Of a stretch of DNA of 64,000 nt, positions 56,976 to 64,000 are shown piece after piece. Numbering within the stretch: the stretch's first letter is position 1; every line of letters starts with the position of its first letter. Origin of the DNA: Eledone cirrhosa (taxonomy: Eukaryota); the NCBI GenBank assembly GCA_964016885.1, contig OZ024748.1:7564001-7628000 (forward strand), written 5' to 3'. A model generated the notes under the pieces. The model searched no databases. It was not told the DNA's origin and saw only the letters and a program-made list of their open reading frames with translations. The position numbers and the translations under genes were made by a program.

Positions 56976-57444
56976 AAAGCCTTTACCATGTAAATACAAT
57001 AGTATATATAGAGTAATGTAAATGTTATGTGAGATATTATGTGAGGTAAAGCCTTTACCATGAACATACAATAGTATATATAGAGTAATGTAAATATTAT
57101 GTGAGATATTATGTGAGGTAAAGCCTTTACTGTGAAAATACAATAGTATATATAGAGTAATGTAAATGTTATGTGAGATATTATGTGAGGTAAAGCCTTT
57201 ACTGTGAAAATACAATAGTATATATAGAGTAATGTAAATGTTATGTGAGATATTATGTGAGGTAAAGCCTTTACTGTGAAAATACAATAGTATATATAGA
57301 GTAATGTAAATGTTATGTGAGGTAACACCTTTACTGTGAAAATACAATAGTATATATAGAGTAATGTAAATGTTATGTGAGATATTATGTGAGGTAAAGC
57401 CTTTACTGTGAAAATACAATAGTATATATAGAGTAATGTAAATA
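56976..57444. repeat. 72-bp minisatellite, about 6.5 copies
   Basis: Unit AAAGCCTTTACTGTGAAAATACAATAGTATATATAGAGTAATGTAAATGTTATGTGAGATATTATGTGAGGT. Confidence 0.93.
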
Positions 57445-58020
57445 CTAAAGGGTTAAATGTATTTTACCCAGTTTTCTGATACTGTTATCATTTATAGTGA
57501 CTCTGTTTGCATTTCAACATTTCTAATTAATTCTTTAGAAATATATTTATCATATATTTTTAATGTTATAGATAACTTTGATGGGTTTCGGCCAGTATTG
57601 GTCCAGGCCATGTATAACTTAATAACACCTAGTGGATTTATTTTTGATGGGCCACAATAGGTCTTCACCATCAATTAAAATGTGTTCTCTGCTATCAAGG
57701 GTTGACCATGTTGTCACAGACTGGGCAGTGGTCAAGCAGAGCCACTGATATTCAGAGGATCTTAAGGCCCCGAGTAGATTTTATAGCAGCACCAACACTA
57801 GTGAAGTTATGTCCATGGTATAAGTGAGGAACATTCCCAATCCTTTGGTGGCTAACACTATGATTCCTCAAGCAATTGTTGTCTACATTGTTGTTAACAG
57901 AGTTACAGAAAATACGAAGTAATCCTCTTCTTCTTCTTCTTTGACCACTTATTCCTGAGATGGTCGTGGAAGAAGAAGAAGAAGAAGAAGAAGAAGAAGA
58001 AGAAGAAGAAGAAGAAGAAG

Positions 58021-58051
<31 letters not shown>

Positions 58052-58149
58052 CTGTATTGACAGAACATAAAATGTCACCGCTGTGAAATGAACTTGTAAC
58101 CTTTCTTGGCAAATATTTAATTTCATCCCATCTGGCTTCATATTGACTT

Positions 58150-58720
58150 TACACACACACGTACACATATATATATATATATACATACACACACACATAC
58201 ACACATATATATATACATACACACACACGCACATACACATATATATATATATACATACACACACACACATATATATATATATATACATACACACACACAT
58301 ATATATATATATACATACACACACACACATACACATATATATATATACATTCACACACACACATACACACATATATATATATACATACACACGCACACAT
58401 ATATATATATATATATACATTCACACACACACATACACACATATATATATATATACATACACACACACACACACACATACACATATATATATATACATAC
58501 ACACGCACACATATATATATATATATATACATTCACACACACACATACACACATATATATATATATACATACACACACACACACATACACATATATATAT
58601 ATATACATACATACACACAGACACATACACACATATATATATATATATACATACACACACACACACACATATATATATATACATACACACACACACATAC
58701 ACACATATATATATATACAT

Positions 58721-58758
<38 letters not shown>

Positions 58759-59950
58759 ACATACACATACACACACATGTATATATATATACATACACAC
58801 ACACAGACATATATATACATATACATACACACACACATATATATATACATACATACACGCACAGTCAAACATACGCGTGCGCGACGTACAGACACGGGAG
58901 CACACGCGTAAACTCACACACACACACATACACACACGCACACACACTCATACATATGCACTTTTAATCTGTGTGTATATGTGTATATCTACTCGCGTGT
59001 GTATGTGTATGTATGAATGCACGCGTGTATGGGTATATGTGTGTAGTGTATGTGTGTATGTGTGTATGTGTGTATGAGTGTATGAGTGTATATGTGTATG
59101 TGTGTATGAGTGTATGAGTGTATGTGTATGAGTGTATGTGTGTATGTGTGTATGGGTATATGTGTGTAGTGTATGTGTGTATGTGTGTATGAGTGTATGG
59201 GTGTATGTATGTATGTGTGTATGAGTGTATGAGTGTATGTATGTATGAGTGTATGAGTGTATGAGTGTATGTGTGTATGTGTGTATGAGTGTATGAGTGT
59301 ATGTATGTATGAGTGTATGAGTGTATGAGTGTATGTGTGTATGTGTGTATGAGTGTATGAGTGTATGTGTGTATGAGTGTATGTGTGTATGTGTGTATGT
59401 GTGTATGAGTGTATGTGTGTATGTGTGTATGAGTGTATGAGTGTATGTGTGTATGTGTGTATGAGTGTATGTGTGTATGAGTGTATGTGTGTATGTGTGT
59501 ATGAGTGTATGTGTGTATGTGTGTATAAGTGTATAGTCTCTGACTACCATGTTCTAGAATCCACAGTATGCGTGACAAAAGTTGGCGCAATTCACAAACC
59601 CGCATACATACACTCACACACACATATACACTCACACACACACAACTATATAAATACACATATATATAAATACACACATATATATAAATACACATATATA
59701 TAAATACACATATATATAAATACACACATATATATAAATACACATATATAAATACACATATCTATAAATACACATATATATAAATACACATATATATAAA
59801 TACACATATATAAATACACATATATAAATACACACATATAAATACACATATATATAAATACACATATATATAAATACACATATATATAAATACACATATA
59901 TAAATACACATATATATAAATACACATATATAAATACACACATATAAATA
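58150..59950. repeat. Compound (CA)/(TA), (GTGTATGA/GT)n and (ATAAATACACAT)n repeats
   Basis: Direct reading. Confidence 0.92.
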
Positions 59951-60384
59951 CAGACACGCGCACTCACCTACCACATACACGCACACACATATATATATAA
60001 ACACACAGATATATATATATATATAAACACATACACACACACACACGTAGAACACACACACACACACACAACGACATCACACACACACACGTACATACAT
60101 CACACATATATACATATATCAACACACACATACAATACAGTCACACACACACACACACTGGTGTTCTCTCTACAATTGGGCACAAGTTATGGTAATGATC
60201 ACATGACTGACTGATTCGGACGAATCAAAGTTTCCGCCTTACTTTACCTCTGACCACGCCCCTTCTCTATAAACTGACCACGCCCAGTCACTCTCTTTAC
60301 TATACAGATTGACATGTTTCATTTGGTATTATTCTATTTCTTAGCTCCTCCCATATAAATTACTCTCTGACGTCTGGCTGATAC

Positions 60385-60830
60385 TACCATCATCATCACC
60401 ATCACCATCATCTCCAACATCACCACCATCATCGCAATCACCATCACTACCATCATCATCATCATCACTACCATAACCATCACCATCATCATCACCATCA
60501 CCACCACCATCACCATCACCATCATCCCCATCAGCACCACCATCACCACCACCATCATCATCACCATCACCACCATCACCACCATCACCACCATCATCAT
60601 CACCACCATCACCATCATCATCACCACCATCACCATCACCACCATCATCATCATCACCATCACCATCATCATCATCAATAGCAACATGACCATCATCATT
60701 ACCATTAACAACACCACCACCAACAACAGCATTAACACTAACACCAATAACATTATCATCATTATACCCATCATGATGATGGTGGTGATAGTGATGATGG
60801 AGGTGGTGGTGGTGATGATGATGGTGATGA
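60385..60830. repeat. (CAC/CAT)n trinucleotide repeat
   Basis: Direct reading. Confidence 0.93.
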
Positions 60831-62029
60831 CACCACACCTACATACACAGTGTACCGCGGACTACACTATTCAGTGTGTCGCATTCTCTTCAAAAGTCGC
60901 TTCGGTGTCATTTGAGGAAAATCTAGCTACTATTTCTAGCTCACACTAACAACGTATAATTTGATTGGCGATTGAATGGGCCTCCGTTGGTTTCGACGAT
61001 GAGTGTTCCATTTGTTCAATCAACGGAACAGCCGACTGGTGAGACTAGCGTCTAAATAGCTGGGTATTCCACAGACACGTGTACCCTTTGTGTAATTCTC
61101 TAGGAGATTCGGCGTGAGCGGCAAAGCTGACCCTTTGAATCTGTTCGACAGGCTTCTATACAGCTTGTCTACCCAAGAGCTCAGCCACCGGGGCCCGACA
61201 CTCTCTAATACACACACATACGTATATACATAGAGAGAGAGATGTGTATGTATATATACAGTGCGAAATGATAGCTAAGCGACGTCTACAAACTAAAATG
61301 TGTAACATAGGTTATCATAATTTAAAGGGAGGCAATTCGTAAAACAGAATTGTCTCCCTGTCAGAATTAACTGTTATAAATTTATGTAAACCTACAACAG
61401 TTTAGTACATGACATAAATCTGATAAATACAGACACACATACATAAAGAGTGAAGGTGGTAATTGTGTTAGGAAAAAGATTTATTTATATGTATATTTAT
61501 ACGCATTGTAAAAAGACCCCAATCATTCACTAATGGCCATGGTTTGGGGAGATCACAGCGCCAAAACTATGGGCATGTGGTTAGAATGTCTCAGGAAAGA
61601 ATCGTTCCACAGATTTGTAGCTCATATAGATTCACTCCAGGTAGAGTCGCTACTTCTCCGAATTGTGAGATCACAGCTCTGATATTATAGGCATGTGGTT
61701 AGAATGTCTCAGGAAAGAAAATACCATTAGAAAATTGGGTAACATACTTTTAAGGACAGAAAAAGATGACCAACTGTCTCTAACGGTATTTTCTAACCCA
61801 ATGACCTCAATAAATCGTAAGATATGAAATTAATATACACTGTAAATATAATATTAAAATAACGAAGTGATTTGAGAAAAGGGAAACAAAAAAGAAATAT
61901 ATATTATTATATATGTTTATTCCATTTATTAAAATGAACAAAGAAAAATAAAATAAAATGTAACTTTCTACAAATATTATATTTCGTGTCTTTGTATATA
62001 TATGTGTGTGTGTGCATTTATGTGTTTAA

Positions 62030-62357
62030 AAGGATGAAAGGCAACGTTAACTCCAGGGGAATTTGAACTCAGATCGTAAAGGGCCGTAACTCTATGCTGT
62101 AGAGCATATTGTCCGACGCTCTACCGATTCTGCCAATCCACCACACCAACAGTTTGAGATTTAGTCACAAGGTCAACAATTTCAGGGGAGGGGAAAGTCG
62201 ATTAAATCGACGCCAGTGTATTACTGGTACTTTATTTTATTGACCCCGTAAGGATAAAAGGTAAAGTTAACCGCAGCGGGATTTGAACCGAGAATGTAAA
62301 GCGCCATAACTCTATGCTGCAAAGCAAGTTGTCCAGCACTCTACCGACACTGCCAAA
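62030..62357 (-). mobile_element. Two tandem SINE family B copies
   Basis: 62030-62145 and 62160-62357 both contain AAAGG.AA.GTTAAC...ATTTGAAC...AACTCTATGCTG...CTCTACCGA. Confidence 0.82.
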
Positions 62358-62744
62358 CCTCCGCAATGGTCCCAATACAAAGAACAAGAAAAACAAGTTG
62401 AACATATAGACCCCTAGAGGTTTATCTATAGTACTGCTCCAATGTGTTCCCAACCCATGCTAGCAGGGACAGTGAATGTTAATCGATAATGATGATGAAG
62501 TGGGATATGAAATGGAAATAAACAGAATTAGAACAAATACCACAAGGTACCCCATCCAACATTCTAAAAATCCTGTCAATCCCCTTCCTTGGGCGGCTAC
62601 TTTATCTATATGATATTGGAACTTTCCTCAGTAAACCACAAATCTACTGAATCACTTTAAATATATATAAAATAATTGTTTCTACTTTTGGCACAAGGCC
62701 AGCAATTATATCAGTGTATTACTGGTACTTTGTTTTATATAAAA

Positions 62745-63555
62745 CTAGCAGTAAAGTCCGGCGTTGCTCGGGGCTGCTCAGTAGCTGTGTTAAAGTTACA
62801 ATGTTAAGTTCCTTTCTTGGCTTAAAAACTGTAGAGTCTACAGTGTAGACTTTCATGTGGTACTTTTGATTAATATTCCCTCAACCAACAGTATGCCTTA
62901 TGAAGTTAAGAAAACATAACCATAACCCGAATGTTAAAACAAAAGAGGATGCTGGGCATAAAAACTGCACTGGTAATCTATTAACAAAAATCGAAAATGT
63001 AAACATCAGCGTAACCAAACTATCAGTTATTTTGAAACATTGAAACAAAGAAATTGGATGAACATAAAAAACAAAAAAGCGTTATCTGTCTGTCGTTTAA
63101 AATTATTGCTTCTAAATGAAAATCTCATACGGCTTTATTCGAGATGAATGCTTTTTTTTACGGTGTATTCAAATAACCTTGTTTTCAAGTAAAACTATTG
63201 TTTTAAAAGACTTTTTAATGGAAATCAAGCAAAATGGAAGCTTAATGTTGAAATTTCGAACTCATGAATTTTGCTGTCCCGAAAGTTGTTCGTGTATTTT
63301 TGTCCCTTTGCACGTCAGAATGACGCCAGAAAAGGGAAATAACTCATCTCTCATCTCTATTTATACATTTGAACTGAAAATCAATACATTACAAATTCGA
63401 TTTTTGCACTTGGCGTGGGTCGATTTGAAAAATTGTTTGACCGATGTCTCCGCCGGACCTTTATCTATAAGTGTAGCAATTTCACCGAAATTTGAACGTA
63501 CGGTTTAGGAGATGTGTGCCGACCGTTTTACTAGACAGACAGACAACCTCAGTTT
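62745..63555 (-). mobile_element. Non-autonomous Helitron-like element
   Basis: Minus-strand 3' end CCCGAGCAACGCCGGA hairpin followed by CTAG|T at about 62745; (CAGA)n near the opposite end. Internal continuity is assumed. Confidence 0.6.
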
Positions 63556-63592
63556 AGACTAGCAGAAAACCACCGGGGCGGTTTTCTGCTAG

Positions 63593-63800
63593 TCTACATA
63601 TCTAACACAGAGAATGTCTGTCTGTCTGTCAGCTCACTAAAACTTGAGAACCATCCAACCGATTGTTTTCAAACTTTAGACATGTAATACTTATGGTCCT
63701 GTGAGTGTTTTGGGCAAAAATTATTTCAAATGTTCAATGCCCTAGGGACCGCATTAGGCGATTTAGCGTTCTCTCTATATAATTCTTAGTCTTTCTTTTT
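63593..63800 (+). mobile_element. 5' part of a second Helitron-like element
   Basis: Starts TC, then (GTCT)n and AAACTTGAGAACC...AACCGATT, as recalled for non-autonomous Helitrons. The end is uncertain. Confidence 0.5.
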
Positions 63801-64000
63801 AGATAGATACAGATATAACGTTGCGCCTTTATAATATCTGTCTGTATGTCTGGCTGTCTGCATTACGTCATTATGACGCGCTCAGCGCGATTCCCTCGGC
63901 CTCAGTGACCAAAGTTAGTGGAGAGGGGAAGGTAATGTTTCTGTAGCACGTGTTTTAGCGTCTATTCACTCTCTCTCTCCCTCCCACTATCCCCCTCTCG

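Noticed and set aside
60341-60838. Gly/Asp-rich or His-rich protein
   Set aside because: A (CAC/CAT)n repeat with no splice or unique coding context.
63116-63508. 130-aa ORF
   Set aside because: No recognisable domain; lies inside a Helitron-like repeat.

Overview
A eukaryotic, gene-poor, microsatellite-saturated window. The SINE content and (TA)n/(CA)n/(GA)n density suggest a coleoid cephalopod such as Octopus (inference). No intact host gene is supported; nearly all listed ORFs are translated microsatellites. Recognisable elements are a decayed 5' half of an L1/Tx1-type LINE, 5'-truncated Tx1-type 3' ends inserted in (TATC)n with target-site duplications, an RTE-like 3' fragment, two tRNA-derived SINE families, hAT-like, Tc1/mariner-like and long-TIR MITEs, Helitron-like elements and several minisatellites. 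The main unexplained structure is a dense set of about 17-19 type I hammerhead-ribozyme motifs (CUGANGA-helix II-GAAA-palindromic helix III-NUH, closed by helix I) from at least 8 sequence families. Most lie in short inserts bounded by (TA)n, often as fold-back inverted duplications, which matches Penelope-like element pseudo-LTR or retrozyme architecture. All folds and alignments were done by eye and need computational and biochemical confirmation.
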